A stretch of 64,000 bases of DNA from Marsupella aquatica. Taxonomy: Eukaryota; Plantae; Marchantiophyta. The stretch is from the NCBI GenBank assembly GCA_973895155.1, contig OZ316892.1:30076932-30140931 (forward strand), written 5' to 3'. A model generated the notes under the pieces. That model ran no database searches. It saw nothing but the letters and a program-made list of their open reading frames with translations, and had not been told where the DNA came from. The position numbers were made by a program, and so were the translations under genes. Positions 49,421 to 63,030 of this stretch are shown here, piece after piece. Positions within the stretch are counted from its first letter, which is position 1. Each line of letters starts with the position of its first letter.

Positions 49421-51653
49421 TTAACCTCTGATCAAGTTGTAACCCCAGGCACCGAACACGGCACCCACGGTTGGGCCCACGACGTACACCCAGAGGGCCC
49501 TGTATGCGTTGGCGGCCACTGCTGGGCCGATGCTTCTGGCAGGGTTCATGGACGCTCCTGAAATCGACCTGTAATTTTCGTCATAATCACACTCAAATCA
49601 GTCTAAAGAACATCAATTGCCCATCAATTGCCCGTTTATAACAAATATCAATCCACAATTATCTACTACGACAGTAGTTTGCGACTGGGATCACTGGATC
49701 CCAGACGAAGCACTGATTTCATGCTTGATTCTGAGGCTGGCGCTGCTCGGTCTAATAAACCCATTACTCAACTGGAAGCTGCATAATTGTGGTGACACAG
49801 TACGAAATCCACACAGATGCACCCGGGGACCACCAAATTCCAAAGTCCGTCAGTCATCTTGCACTCTTGGTCAACTTACTGCAGCAATTGATCTCCAGTA
49901 TACAATGAGTAAAGAAGGTTCTTACGTTGTTAAGCTGAACTGGGTCCCACGATAACCACTACAATTGAAAGCCGCCTATGCTTGCCAAGACGACCAAGAC
50001 GAGAACGGGGGAAGAGAGGGACGAAGGAACGCAGGTTACCCACTCACCCAGCAAAGAGGGCGTTAAGGGCCACAGCCGAGCCAATTGCAATACCTGCCAA
50101 CTCTCCCACCTGTATGTGTTCATACAAACGAACGTTCAATACGAAGAGCACAGGTGTAGCCGGAGCACATTCAAGAGTGATGGTCTTGATATACGTTGTT
50201 AAGCTCTAGAGATTTAATATCGTTAGAAATGGAATACGTGAAATCTTTCGAGGGGCAAATAAGTAATCTATGAGAAGAAGGCAGATCGTCAAAATGGCAC
50301 CAAAGATAAAAATGAAGCGTGTGGCGGGAAAATTGGGATCCAAATAGATTTGCCATGTTCAATTTCTCCATAGGCAGCTTCTTCGAGCACGGTAAGGAGG
50401 ATCCCCCAGTTTACAAGAGACTTGGTTTGCCAGGCCTTTCGATTCATGAGAGAGGACGCGGGAGGGGAAAGAATTACTCACAGCGCGAGTATCTGTCGCA
50501 ACAGCAGACACCACGAACATAAGGATGAAGCCGGTGATGATCTCCAGAACGAAGGATTGCCCGTCGCTACCAGCGGGTAGAGTGGCCCCGAGATGCCCAT
50601 GATCCCCGAAGATAAACCTGAGACAATACCCTGCACAGATTCCAGCCGCTATTTGACCGCCAATGTAGAACGGACCTGCGGTGTACAACATTGCAATTGA
50701 CCCCTGAGTTTAGTGCAATCCATCGTTGTTGTTGATTCGACTTGATCTCGATCCTCTACGACCCCGTACCCAACTTCCGCTAAAGAATATGCTGGATGGA
50801 AAGATTGCTTATCTAGGCGAGCATTCTGGCAAGCAGGACATTAAAAGCACTCACATCTTTCCAGGGAAAATGCCGCACAGTTGCAAAGGCAATGGTGACC
50901 GAAGGATTCAAGTGTGCGCCTGAAATGTGACCCACGGCATAAATCATGATCATGACCACAATCCCGAAAGAAAACGATATGCCCACATGCGTCACGGCTC
51001 CATTGAGCTTCGCATCCACTACCGCAGACCCACAACCGACGAACACCAGGATGAAAGTAGCAATGATTTCTGCTCCAACCTGCTTCAACACAAGGATTTC
51101 TGCTAGTTAGCTGGTAATATTGGCCGTTGGCATTGTTCTCCTCAAGGGATGTGGCCTTCACTCCTTGCATTGACGCCATTGAGGATGTGTACGTTCAGAC
51201 TCGTTTCGTTCGTCTAAGCTTCAAATGAATGTTATTTAGCTTCCCAGCAGCAATACTAGCTGCGGACAGTATCACAAGCTCCTAAGTATTAATCGGGATT
51301 ACAAGGACTTATGTGAGGACTGGGTAGAGGGGTCCATCATGACATTCATTTGAAACTTTTCAAAAAGTCTGCAGTAGTCCTCACCGAGAAGTTCGGAGCG
51401 AGTGCTTTCAATGCAGTATGCAAGCCAAAAAAGATTAATGTGCGAGGAAGATGTTCCAAGATGTGGTAATTGCCAAAAAGATGAGAGATCTTGAGAAACT
51501 ATGCTACTACAACAAACAAGCTAGCATAGTACAGAGATGAAAACTATCAGTGTGCAACCGGTAGTAGGAACTTACCTTTCGCAGAAGACATGTATATGGC
51601 AATTTCAGGGATCCCAAATATCCACACCCTGGTTGTTCGTCTGCGAGAGGCAT
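49421..51653 (-). pseudogene. NIP: NIP-type aquaporin (nodulin-26-like), 5 exons, NPS/NPA, ar/R F-A-A-R; frame lesions suggest a pseudogene or assembly error
   Basis: Exons ..51576, ~51079-50855, ~50675-50481, 50109-50048 and 49568-49421 follow the canonical NIP intron pattern. Motifs SGAHLNPSVT, AVATDTRA|VGELAG and [10 protein letters not shown]. Exon 3 starts 1 nt short, and the typical KSxRR tail is out of frame. Confidence 0.85.
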
Positions 51654-54600
51654 ATCGACGGTCTGGTCAAGGGGAGAATTCTCAAATCGCTGGCTCAACC
51701 ACGGATGTTTCGCTGCAGCAGGAGGAACGTCAATGGAAGATGGGTATCGTTCCCCAGCACACAATGGTCCGTGGCTTGCAGTTTCGCTCTTCCTGCCATC
51801 TGGTCGTTCGAATGATCTGCCATTTTTCTGGCTGCAAACAGATTGTCGTCTGCTTACGAGTAGTCCTGACACCTGCAGCACGTACGTACCGGCACCTAAC
51901 GATGATCCTCTACCGTTACATACATTGACATGTTGGAATTTAGCATACGTAAATCTCGCTGACCGGGATTAATTAGGACAACCAGGCTCCCTTTGATTAA
52001 GGTGGGCTGCCTGGTTATATTAGGCACGCTGCATGCAGCTCTTGTCCGCTCTGTCTAGTCTCGCTGGAACTCTCCTGTCCAGTCATGCTTTCCTTATCGA
52101 CTCGTATTCTGCAGGACTCTCTCGTCCCAGACCTGTACTTAATGACCCATCGTTAGGGACTAATATACATGAGAATTTTCTTCATGACATCCTTAATTGG
52201 AAGGAGCCAGCCAGTGCAGCAACCCCATTACTGTGAACTCGTTAACCCGTGAAGAAGTAATTCTGGCTTGGGACGTCAGAACAGGACTGCAATACAGGTC
52301 ATGCACGCGCGCGCACAGTTGGAAGAGAGCAGCGATGAAGAAAGCTGAAGCTTCATTGATTGCGGAATCCCACAATTCGATCACCACACAAACCCATTCT
52401 CTAATGAGACAATCAGTCATTCTCAATCCTGATATCTCTCATACTAGCACACTTCGTCCCTTGTAACATTCGATTGTGCTGACAGGTCTAGCTAGGCAGC
52501 AAGAATCACAGTCACCACTTCCACATTTGTGACTCCTAGTCGGTCCCTCCCTCTGTCTGAGACCATAATGTATCCAGCGCGGTGGCTTATGGACGAACGA
52601 AATTTATCTTCCAGGTTTCTATGCCAGACAAAGAATGCAATTCGTTGTCTTGCTATTTTCGAGGTAATACATTCCATTGCCACGAAATCAATTCGATACT
52701 AAACATAGATGCTGCCTAAGTAAGTACAGGCGCCATGTCCTGTAGGTATGCCTAAACCAGCCAACGGAGCACAAATTTTCCTTCGGACTGTAACCCGACC
52801 CAAAAGGCAGTGCATAACGATCACTCACTGACAGTAGTAAATTTCAGGAACCGATTGCTCTCACCGCCGTAGTCACCGCCCATGGTGTGACCATCAAATC
52901 GACCTGGTAGTACTCTACCAGGTCCTCCATCCAATTCGCATCAAAATCCAGCCAGGACGGTCCCTCGACAATGGACAGTGAACTATCCGATTCGTGTCAT
53001 CGAAGAAACAGACCAACACAAAACTAAAGTCGGACCTTGACTAGCTAGAAGATACGTGAAACCGTCAACTCTGATAAGTTAAGACCTACTGGTCGCTTTT
53101 CCATCCGCAGAACTGAAACACACAGGAATTCTCAAAACACACTGCCAGAAGCACGTACTGGACTGACTGACTGATTGTCCGACTGGACTACCTTCATGAT
53201 TGAGTGATCAACTTCAATCAGCTGCTGCTGCTGCGTTCACATCAATGAAGCAAGCAATCAGCTCGACTACCTTCCGTGCTAGCGAGCGGAAACTTTCGGG
53301 TTCGTAACCGCGCTTAGACTGTCCGGTGGGCTCCTACGAAGCGACATGCCGGGGTGGAGGTGGTGGGTCATGCATGGGCGAGAGCCCCTGGGCCCGGTCC
53401 GCTGTGGGCCTCGATTCTTCACTGATCAAACTCGCTACTTTATTTTCATTTTAGTTTTCTAACATGCAAGCTCTACTCCTGAGTCGCAACAGCACTAATC
53501 GAAGAAGTATTGGCATTACAAGTTACTATCCGTTTGCATAGCAAGTCGACTGGGATATGGAAAAATGGGAAGAGAGGCCCTAGAAGAGGAGAGACGACCC
53601 GAAGTACAAACACATATTAGAGAGACAGATAGACACTGACTGTACCGTTGTACTTGAGGAGACCGGCGAGCAGTTCTGACACAGCAGCGTTACTTCCGTA
53701 ATGACGATCTGATCATAAACAACATAGCCCAGAAGAAGAAGAGCAAACGATTTCGCTCTATAGACTCTCGACAACCGCCTCAGGGCTAATTCTCAGACAT
53801 CACATCACCCGGATACAGTTCTGTTGGATCTCTCAGAGACCGACAGCAGCTCTCGCAGGTGACAGAACGGACGACCTCTTCCCTCACCTTAATGCAAGTG
53901 CGATATCGTCTACGTCCTGGAGGCTTGAGCAGTCAGGGAGGCAGGCAAAGCGGGCGAAGAGGTCAAGAGAGCTTCGTTTTGTTCTTCGATCTTCTTTCCT
54001 TCCGAGTCCACCAACGTTTCGAACGCTAAGGATGATTGGATAGTTGTAGCAGCCAGACAATTGATAGCGAGACCCTGTGCATGCACTCTCGTCCTTCCAG
54101 CTGGTCTCTGGTTCTCTCGTCCTTTTATTGCCTGCCTGCACTCTCCATGCTCCATTGCTCCCTCCTTTCCAGCCTCCACTCCACTCGAGTCCACTCCAGC
54201 CAAGCCCAGCCCAGCTCTGCCGTACCCCCTTCCCACACTCATTAATTACTCACACACTTCATCAATCAGCGGTACAGTCCCACCACCGTAAATAAAATCG
54301 CATGAATTCCCGACTTCTTTACAATTATTTTACAGGAAGGGTGCAACTCAGCAAGACCGACAGTTTCCCCCTCCCGACCTCCCCCACACAAAACCATAGA
54401 CTAATTGAATCTCCTCTGCACTCTTCAAGTGGCGGTGCAATTTCCCACGTCTTCTACTCCCAAAACTTAGAGGAAACCTCAACTTCTACGGTACAAATCG
54501 GCAATCCTACAGACTGACTCTCATAAATTAGTAGAGAATCAATCACTCAGCTTAAGCTCTAAAACCCTTCATCGGCAGTCACCCGAGACTGTAGTTCTAG

Positions 54601-56123
54601 CGTGGTCCATAATCTATTCATTTCCCACCAACCATATCAAAGACTGAAGTTTACAGTACAAGTCAGCTCTAAAGCTCCAAATCCTTCTATCAGCAGCAGT
54701 CAGTCAGTCACCGGTTGGTACTGTAGTTCTCGCTCGGTGCGCCCGTAAACGAGAGCTTTGTGAGATCAGCCTTCCATAGTTCTATCCGTCCATCCAACCA
54801 TTTCCCACCCGCCGGATACGCCACGACGTTGGAATCATCATACAAACAATAGCAAGATGCATGACGCAATCTTCTCCCGGTGTGAATCGCTGCTCGCTCG
54901 AGGCAGGCAGAGCGACCACTGACTCCCATGACTCCATGATCTTCTCAAACTCTCGTCATTTTTCTCGTTCAATTGGTGTGAATTAACAAAGTGCTGTGGA
55001 TTATCAATGACCTGACGTTGCATTCCTTGGGAAATCCTCTTCTGTAAAGCTTTTCATATCCCACACGGCAAGCCGAATTTTTACAGCAGGAAGGCTTTGG
55101 ACGAGTGAACGACTGTAGTTACCCTAAATCGACGGTCAGATCTTGTGCTAAGAACTTACTGTATCGACCGTCGATCTCTGAGCCCATCTCATACAGTGGT
55201 CGATGGATTTTGGTTGCGTTGAGGGTGCGAAAGATTTTCACCTCTGTTGTTTACTGCAATTGATTTTACTCTTAAGTATAGCCAGTATAAGGTTCTATTA
55301 AGAGTATATCCAGTATACAACTCTTAATAAATTGATTTAATTAAGAGTATAGCCAGTATTGATTTTACTGCAACTGTGGTGGGAGTGGTCATACTATGGT
55401 GTGTTGTAGTGCATGGTGAAATCACCCAGCATGAAACATTGTTTCAAATGCTCTGGCTAATTGTGTATCTGACCGCATAGCAAGTAGGGCCTTCGTGCAC
55501 CCGTTGATGTGAGGCAATTTTTCCCAAACATGCACCTGTATGCAAACAAATTCTCAGCATCAACTGCCCTTGGAATTTCTGAATCTGCACACTTCAAAAA
55601 GAAACTTCACCCTCTAGTGCCCGGCCTTGAGGTGTGTGTTTGCTTGAATGAGGGAACCTCAAAATGAGTAATACTACTTGATGAGACCCCTAAGGTTTTG
55701 GATAAATTGATTTAAGGTCTATCAAAGGTCTGGATCACTCAGAGTGTCCATCAATTAACACTTTGTTTTCATTTTGAGGGTCCATCAAGCATATGGGTCT
55801 GGCCCTTGCACAACCTACCCTCCATCTGCATTTCAAGATAGCACACCAAAGAAAATCTTCTTGTCATGAGGAAATGGGCTTAGTGCCTTATAATGTTTTA
55901 GCTAATGTGCAAATAAAAAAGCAAGTACCTCATGTGAGGTTTCACAGCGCACTACTTAACTGTACTGCCAGCTATACAATGTTAAAATGCTGCAGTGCAA
56001 AACAATTCAGGGGTCCTCCTCAAACTGCACTGTAACGTCAATTTAAGGCCCCATAACTGACCAATTGAGGGAAAGTGATTGAGAACTTACTGTGGACTTC
56101 CACTTAGCTGTGTTTTCATGCAA

Positions 56124-56420
56124 AAATAGCTCAATACCCATGCGTTGCATATTGTTCCATAAAAGATGTTGTTAAGTAAACATATGTCATGGCGTCAGAG
56201 ATGTCGTTAAGTAAAAATATGTCATTGTGTAAAAGATGTCGCGGTGTCAAAGACGTTGTTAAGTAAAAAGATGTCGTTGTGTAAAAGATGTTGTTAACTA
56301 AAATGCCGTGGCGTAAAGATGTCGTTAAGAATTAAAAAGATGCCATTATGTCAGAGATGTCGTTGCACCAAATATGTGGGTAAGTAATGGGATGTCGTTA
56401 GTAAAAGTTGTTGTCAAGTA
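56124..56420 (-). mobile_element. Second copy of the Helitron-like GACATCTT-array end, reverse orientation
   Basis: The reverse complement reads ..GACATCTTT array..ATGCAACGCATGGGTATTGAGCTAT, matching 36690-36714. Confidence 0.55.
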
Positions 56421-56934
56421 AAATCCCGGCAAAACCCAAAATACTTTTCATAACTTCTTATCCTATTCACCACAAGTATAGGTTACACTAAACTCCACTC
56501 AGGAAGTGCCACATGGACCAATCTCATCATGGCGCGTGGCATGCCATATTATTGGCCCCCTTCAAGCAAATTATTTTGGCTGGCATTTTGGATGCCCTGG
56601 AATAGTTATAAAGGGATCGCCATATAAAATTTGGTCTTGTTGCTTATAATTCGATCATAAAATTAAATCCGGAATTGGATTTAATATACCCTTCCGTCGT
56701 TTGCATGTTCGGTCCATTATTAATAATGTTGGGTGCCAAAGGCCAGGAGGAGTAAGAACATGACAGTCCACAAAACTTGATAAAAAACTGTGAACACGTA
56801 TAGTCGGAGGACTTGATCAAAAAATATATTTTGGGGAGTGGAAACAAATATACTCATCCTTAGTAGGAAAGTTGATCTGCGATCCTCACCCCAAAAGTGA
56901 TTGCAAAAGTCTTTGAGATGCTGGTGGGAAATAA

Positions 56935-57227
56935 TGTTAGGAATTGACTCAAGTTCACGGTTTAGTTAGTTTGGCCTTACTAGGGTTAGTTAACCCTGGA
57001 TTACATTAGGATAAGATCCGCTTAGTTTAGGCCCACACATCTTGGCCCCCTTGGGGGGTATAGGTTGGAGGGAGAACATTATCTCCCTCATTCTTCACAT
57101 GTACTCTCATTTGCTATGGAGCCTTCAGGAGTTTCTCCACTCGGGGTGTCTCGTCGGTGTAGCGCTTGATTGAGTCTCTCTCATGCTTCCGCATTGCTGT
57201 CTAGTCTAGAGCCGACGATTTCTTACA
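56935..57227. mobile_element. Solo LTR with TSD AATAA
   Basis: TGTTAGGAA...TTCTTACA flanked by AATAA on both sides. Confidence 0.85.
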
Positions 57228-57329
57228 AATAAGACCAAGGTGGCCGGACTCCCAGAAGAACCTTCTGGATAAATAGTTTAGATCATTTCCAGGGTTTTCA
57301 ATGAAGAATGGCTTCTTTAGGAACACTTG

Positions 57330-57601
57330 TGTTAGGAATGGACTCGAGTTCCAGACTAGTTAGTTTGGCCTTGGATTACATTAGGATAAGATCCGTTTAG
57401 ATTAGGCCCACAATTCTTGGCCCCCTTGGGGGATATAGGTTGGAGGGAGAGCGCTCTCTCCCTCATTCTACACATGTACTTCTCATGAGCTATGGATCCT
57501 TCAGGAGTTTCTCCATTGTGGTGTCTTGTTGGTGTAGTGTGAGATTGAATGCTCTCATGTTTCGCATTGCTGTCTAGTCCGTGAGCTAACGGTTTCTAAC
57601 A
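57330..57601. mobile_element. Solo LTR of the same family with TSD ACTTG
   Basis: TGTTAGGAA...TTTCTAACA flanked by ACTTG on both sides; clearly homologous to 56935-57227. Confidence 0.85.
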
Positions 57602-58135
57602 ACTTGCACCAATCTGCACATAGGAGAGATTATATTGACTTCTTATGGGTGACCTAGCTTGAATCTCGGGGGTCTCACTATATGGATGCCTCCCCATCCC
57701 TTGCGACGTTTTTAGGCCTCGGACCCCCTAAAATGTAAGAAAATTAGTTATTTTTAAACCACTATAAAGTTAGAATATTCAATTTGGTTAGAAAAACCTT
57801 AATGTTCTTATAAGTCTCTAAATTGAATTTAAAAGACCCTATTGTTTTTCTGCAAAAATTCTCAAGTCTTCCCTTCAAACCATAAAATGATCCTACCCTT
57901 CGTTGCACGTGATGTGCCATTTTTGTGGAAGTGAAACCCCTGAGGCTTGCATTGCAATTTGGCAAGCCCGGAAATCAGTACTGTCTAGGCATACTTAGGT
58001 CGACCTTGCCAAAAGATTAGACCCAAATTGGGATTACAATAGACGGGTACCTCCTCACCCAATTGAAGAAGATCCTTAAGGAGGAGCAACAGATAATTGG
58101 CCAAGGAAGTGTGACTGTCCCAACTTGCTAACCAC

Positions 58136-60589
58136 TTGCAGGACCACTTGCCATTGCTTTGCCGGTATGCACGGAGTCAGACCTTTGCACCGGTACTACC
58201 CTTGCAGACCAGGGTACCTCAAGGGGGATTAAAAGGAGAACCGAGAATGAGGCAGCCAAAGCCGGTCAACAGTCCTACTCTTGATCAACTATTTATGCAT
58301 AGGCCAAAAGCCGTGCCAAGGAAACAGGGAGGAGCAAAGGATCTCTTACAAATTTATGATGCTCCTTCAACCAAAGCCAGCAATAGCTATACAGCCACCG
58401 GTGCAGAGCACCATTCTAGAAGGGGTGACTTACAACATACAGTCAGAGGGACCCCCTCAGAAAACCGACCAGGGAAAACCCATTTGTCGTTTGCCAATAT
58501 CACCTGAAAGAAGAGGCCGATGACAAAACAGGAGCATCGACAATAGAATGAACGCTCCAAGTCATAATTTGAGGACCAAGGCCGCAGCCCGGGTATCCCA
58601 AGCCGAGACGAGGAGAAGGAAAGACAAACATGGATTGGAAGGAGAGGAGACCGAGGCAGGCCCCCATTCGCTCGTTGTAGCAAGAAGCGGCCTTTGCAGA
58701 CACAGAATGATGAGGAAGCAAGAGGAGAACCCAAACTCCAAGCCTGAAGCGTGGGAGTGGAGGACTACAAAGACAAGGGCCTTGTCAATCTACACAGTGG
58801 AGAAGAGTCAAGACCTTGTGCCGGTTCATCCCCCACAGCTTTTCAGGAGTGATCCATGGGGACCCCGAACATTCGCCCCCCATCCCCACCAGAGCTACCA
58901 AAATTTGACCAAATGAAGGAGGCCAAGCAAGAGTTGCAGGAGCAGCTCAAGGATTTGGTGAAGGCAACCCTGGACAAGGAGAAGGACTTACGAGGAGGAG
59001 AGTGGCTGGAAGACATTAGGCACTTAGCGCAAGGTAAGCCAGGCAAGCGGCTAACCAATTTTGATGAAGTCTGTCGTGAAGCATGGGAGGGGAGGCCACA
59101 ATGGCAGATGCCGGTTTCTCCCGGGCGCTCCACTTATGCACGCAATCGCTATGGAATATGGGGAGATGCGCGGGTTGTTAGCTCTGAGCACTTTGGAGCA
59201 GAGTTGGAGATGGGGCCATTTATCCTGACGGAAGTCTCGGATTGAAGCCATTTGGAGGAAGTAGTGGCTTTGGAGCGGAGGAAGAAGGAAGAGCTCATGC
59301 ATTGGGCGGCTTAGGAGGATGGAGGCCAAGAAGGGAGAAGCGCAAGCAACCAAGCAGGCTCAAGACAAGGTGCTAGTTAAGAGGCATGAGCTAATCATCA
59401 TGGGGAAACAGTTGGAAACTGCCAAGGTAGATAACCAGCTTATCAAGGGTAAGCTGGCCCAGACACAGCTACAATTGGCCAATGCCCAGAAGGAGGTAGA
59501 GGACCAAGAGCGACGGCTCCAAGAGCTTACAGCTACTGGTCAAGCACCCAGTCAAGCACAACTAGCTGTCTACAACAAGGCCATGGCAGAAGCAGGGAAG
59601 GCCAAGAAGGCAGTAAGAGCGCAGCTTGACAACCTCCGTCAAGAGTATTAATAGAAGTGTGACGAATACGATACCATGTCCGAGGCAGCCATTGGCCTGC
59701 TGAAGGCCGATATCTTAGCACTGACGACCAACTTCTACACTAAACTGCAAGAGAAGGGCAACATACTTGATTGGCAGTATGAAAAGATGAACAACCTAGA
59801 GTTTGGTGTCTTCCACAAGCTTAATAAGGAGTTGAAAGAAGCCAAGGAGGAGAAAGCGGCTTAGAGAAGGAGTTGGAGGAGGCTCAGGATGAGGTGGAGA
59901 AATACAAGCAAAAGGTGGAGAGCTTGCAGCAACAGGTTTAATCACACAGAGAGCTTGAAGAAACTAGTTGAGGCAAGCAAGTCCCAACAGCAAGAAGCAA
60001 CTCCCCAGCCCAAACAAGCAAGCCACCAGTAGCAGTAAGGAAGTTTCCCGGCGTGATGATGGCCGAGAGACGGGCCGAAGCAAGAATATCCTTGCCAAAT
60101 GTAGTGGGCAAGGAAAAAGCATTGGCTATCCTAGAAGGGAAAGAGAAGGTAAAACGTAAACCTTCCGGCTCAGGAGTGGTCGTGCTTCCACAAGGCAGCA
60201 TAGGTGAGATAGAAAACATGGTACCGGTCTTATGCAAGGTTGTGGCATTGAAAGTGGTTGTGTTAGAGGTTGGCACAGAAGACCAGTTAGGAGCAGCCAT
60301 GACTGGAGCCGACTCAAGGTTGCCGGTCATCAACATCCACCAAACGCAACCCTGGGAAGAAGAGACAACCCGCATCATGGGTCAAGCCTATGAGGAAGGC
60401 AACCCAAAGGAGGGAAGGGTGGATGCCGCAAAGCCGGCCAACATTGCGTCAGGACCCCAAACCAAGGCCGAGGCTTGGGTCAGACTAGACAATGTCAATT
60501 CTAGGTTGACCAAGTCAAGAGCAGGTAAACTGTCAGAGGACATGCCCGCAACATTGGCTGGAGAGGGAGGATTGGGGGCATCCCATTGA
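58136..60589 (+). pseudogene. Decayed long ORF with an extended coiled-coil region, probably TE-derived
   Basis: Consecutive broken ORFs (58856..59245, 59319..59651, 59676..59864, 60053..60589) rich in E/K/Q/A heptads. No introns and no recognisable catalytic motif. Confidence 0.4.
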
Positions 60590-60988
60590 GGCAAGCCACC
60601 GTTGGCATGACGATGGGGGAGGTCCATCCCCTTTAGGGAGGGCAGATGTGGGGGAAGGAGGCATGAGTGGGCGGGGCAAGCAGGCCCTCTAGGACTAGCA
60701 TCAGGGCAAGAGGCAGCCCCTAACACTTAGATTAGTTGCGATTACGGATCCTCTGGTAGTAGCAACACTTGTGCTCTTGCCTCATTGTACTTAGGTAGAT
60801 TACAATTAGGTTAGACTTAGGCTCACCCTTCAATGATGTTGTGGGCACACTGCCAAGATAAATACCTGTGCAGCAAGGAGTTCAGGGTTATTTTTTTAGC
60901 AAACTCTTAGTGCTCCAACAAGGCTGGGACCATCTAATAAATGAAGCTCTCGGTCAGTGATACCCTAAACCTTAAATACCCTAAACCC

Positions 60989-62670
60989 TTTTTTTCATTT
61001 ATTCCGCTCCCGATTCCACTTGAACCCCACAGAGAGGGAAATCAGCAAGGCCCAAAGGCAAAAGCGGCCCCAAGGGCCAGAAAAGAGGAGAAAATAGAGC
61101 TAACCTAAAGCTACAACCTAAGCCAATGAAATTCTTATGTGGAAAGAAAGAAACTGCCTTCAGGTCATCCCAAGTACCTTTAGCAACAGTCTATCCTAGG
61201 AAAAGTATCTCGAAGGTAATTTAATTGACTAAGGCCTCTCTTCTATTCTCTGTCCATTCCGCATTCCATTTCAACTTCCAACAGTCACTACTCTTCTTAC
61301 TTGCTTCCTCACTAGTGCAATACGCTCTGTTTCTATAAGTGTCAAGGCCACAATTAATCACTCCTGTTTCCTACTAGAGAGGGAAGTAGTCACTGAATGC
61401 ACTGCCGTGAGATGATCCATTATCTCCGAAATTACTTGGAGCGGATCAAAAGAATGGCAGGGTGTTAAATCAAACACCTGAGCATTCCTGGCATTCCATA
61501 AGTTCCACAGAACCTGATAAATTATGAATGCCCTCAGTGACTATAAAGGTAAACGTCCCTGGAAATAATGCAGCAAATCTATGATGCTCACAAAGTTCCC
61601 AATGAGTTCTCCTCGCATCCAGCTCTTCACCTCAGTCCAAATATTACAAACATGTTCACAGTGGCAAAACAGATGGGGTATTGTTTCAACCCTTGGAGCA
61701 CACATTGTGCAACAGCCATTAAATTTCCCGATCCGCAGGCCCCTGACACCAGAGAACAACCCCTGGGCAATAATTCGCCAAATAAAAACCTTGTTCTCGT
61801 TGAGATATCAAAAGACCACATCCCCTTCCAGATTGTTCACACGGCTGAACTGTATTTGGAGGTCCATTCATTCTTGTTCAGTGTCACACTCCAAATACGG
61901 TTCAGTCGTTCCAGTCAGAACCCTTAGGTCAAAGCATTTCATACACTCTCAGATTCGTTAGGCCAAAGTGCGTCATTTCAGTCTCAGTGTCATTCCATCA
62001 TTAAAGCCAAGCATCAGCATCCAACTCCCTGCCTCCAACAGTCAAACAACAGATCGTATTGTATAAGGCGATACACTGTACTTGGCAAGCAGAAGTTAAT
62101 CCTCTCATTCTTTGCAATCTCCTTGAGACATCCTTCCAATCTTGGGTCACAGCAGACCATAGATCCTCTACTTTCCTCATCCCCAAAGTACCAAAGGTTC
62201 TAATGATTTCAATTATGCACTCTTCAGGTAATTCATAGAACCCCTGCATACTTAGTACCAAATCCTAAAATCCCCAATGCCCAGGTATTGCTCCCCTACC
62301 AGGGCAGAAGATCAAATGCTCCATGGCCATCTCCCATGCATTCCATAGTTTGCCTGTATAGACCAGTTTCCCAAAGTATCGAAGGGTACTCAGTAGTAAT
62401 TTATCACTCAAAGCATACCTGCTTCTTCTCACCATCTTGTAATTGCGCCATTTGGTTAGCCGAAGGTTCTCAGCATACATTTGTGCCCGCTCAGAGTTCG
62501 GGTCATCCAGTGCTCCGGTGAACCATTTGCATAGCAGAGCATCAGAGTGGCTTCAAAAGTCCTTGAGCCCAAGCTTGCCCTCCAGCTTAGGTCTGGTCAT
62601 CTTCTCCCATGCCACTAAAGGGACCCTTTGTCCCCCTTGCTGATTAGTGCCTCATAGGAAAGTCCTGTTA
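60989..62670 (-). mobile_element. 5'-truncated L1-like LINE (post-RT region, zf-RVT, 3' UTR, short poly(A))
   Basis: RVPLVAWEKMTRPKLEGKLGLKDF, CTMCAPRVETIPHLFCHCEHVCNIW and LWNLWNARN; the end reads AATAAATGAAAAAAA on the minus strand. Confidence 0.8.
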
Positions 62671-63030
62671 AGTTTCGAAGGACAAAACGTTTTAACCTAG
62701 GACATGTGCCAAACCGACCCAAGGAAAAGTCCATCCAAGCTTTGTTGAAGGAACAAATGTTCGCATGGAGTCACCATGACCTTACTGGTGTCTCCCCCGA
62801 ATTGGGAGAGCACACGATCAATCTGAATCTGGGGGCCCATGCTGTGTGACAGCGATGCCGAACCCAAGGTACTCCATCCTGGTCCAGGAGGAGATCAACT
62901 GGCTACTAGATTAAGACACACAAATGGGCATATTGAAACAGAAAGACAAATGGATAGATTAAAACAGAAAGACAAATGGGGATGATTGAGTTCTTCTATC
63001 ATGTACTTTCGACCTCAACTTTCAATCTGG

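Noticed and set aside
52000-55100. miRNA or other ncRNA gene upstream of the NIP
   Set aside because: No recognisable conserved plant miRNA sequence or convincing long hairpin found by eye; only a short imperfect inverted repeat near 51980-52015.
56935-57601. A single TRIM/mini LTR element
   Set aside because: Each LTR has its own distinct TSD and the spacer lacks a PBS and PPT.
60963-60988. Interstitial telomere (CCCTAAA-like; also 31236-31260)
   Set aside because: Only 2-3 degenerate units, a common motif in plant genomes.
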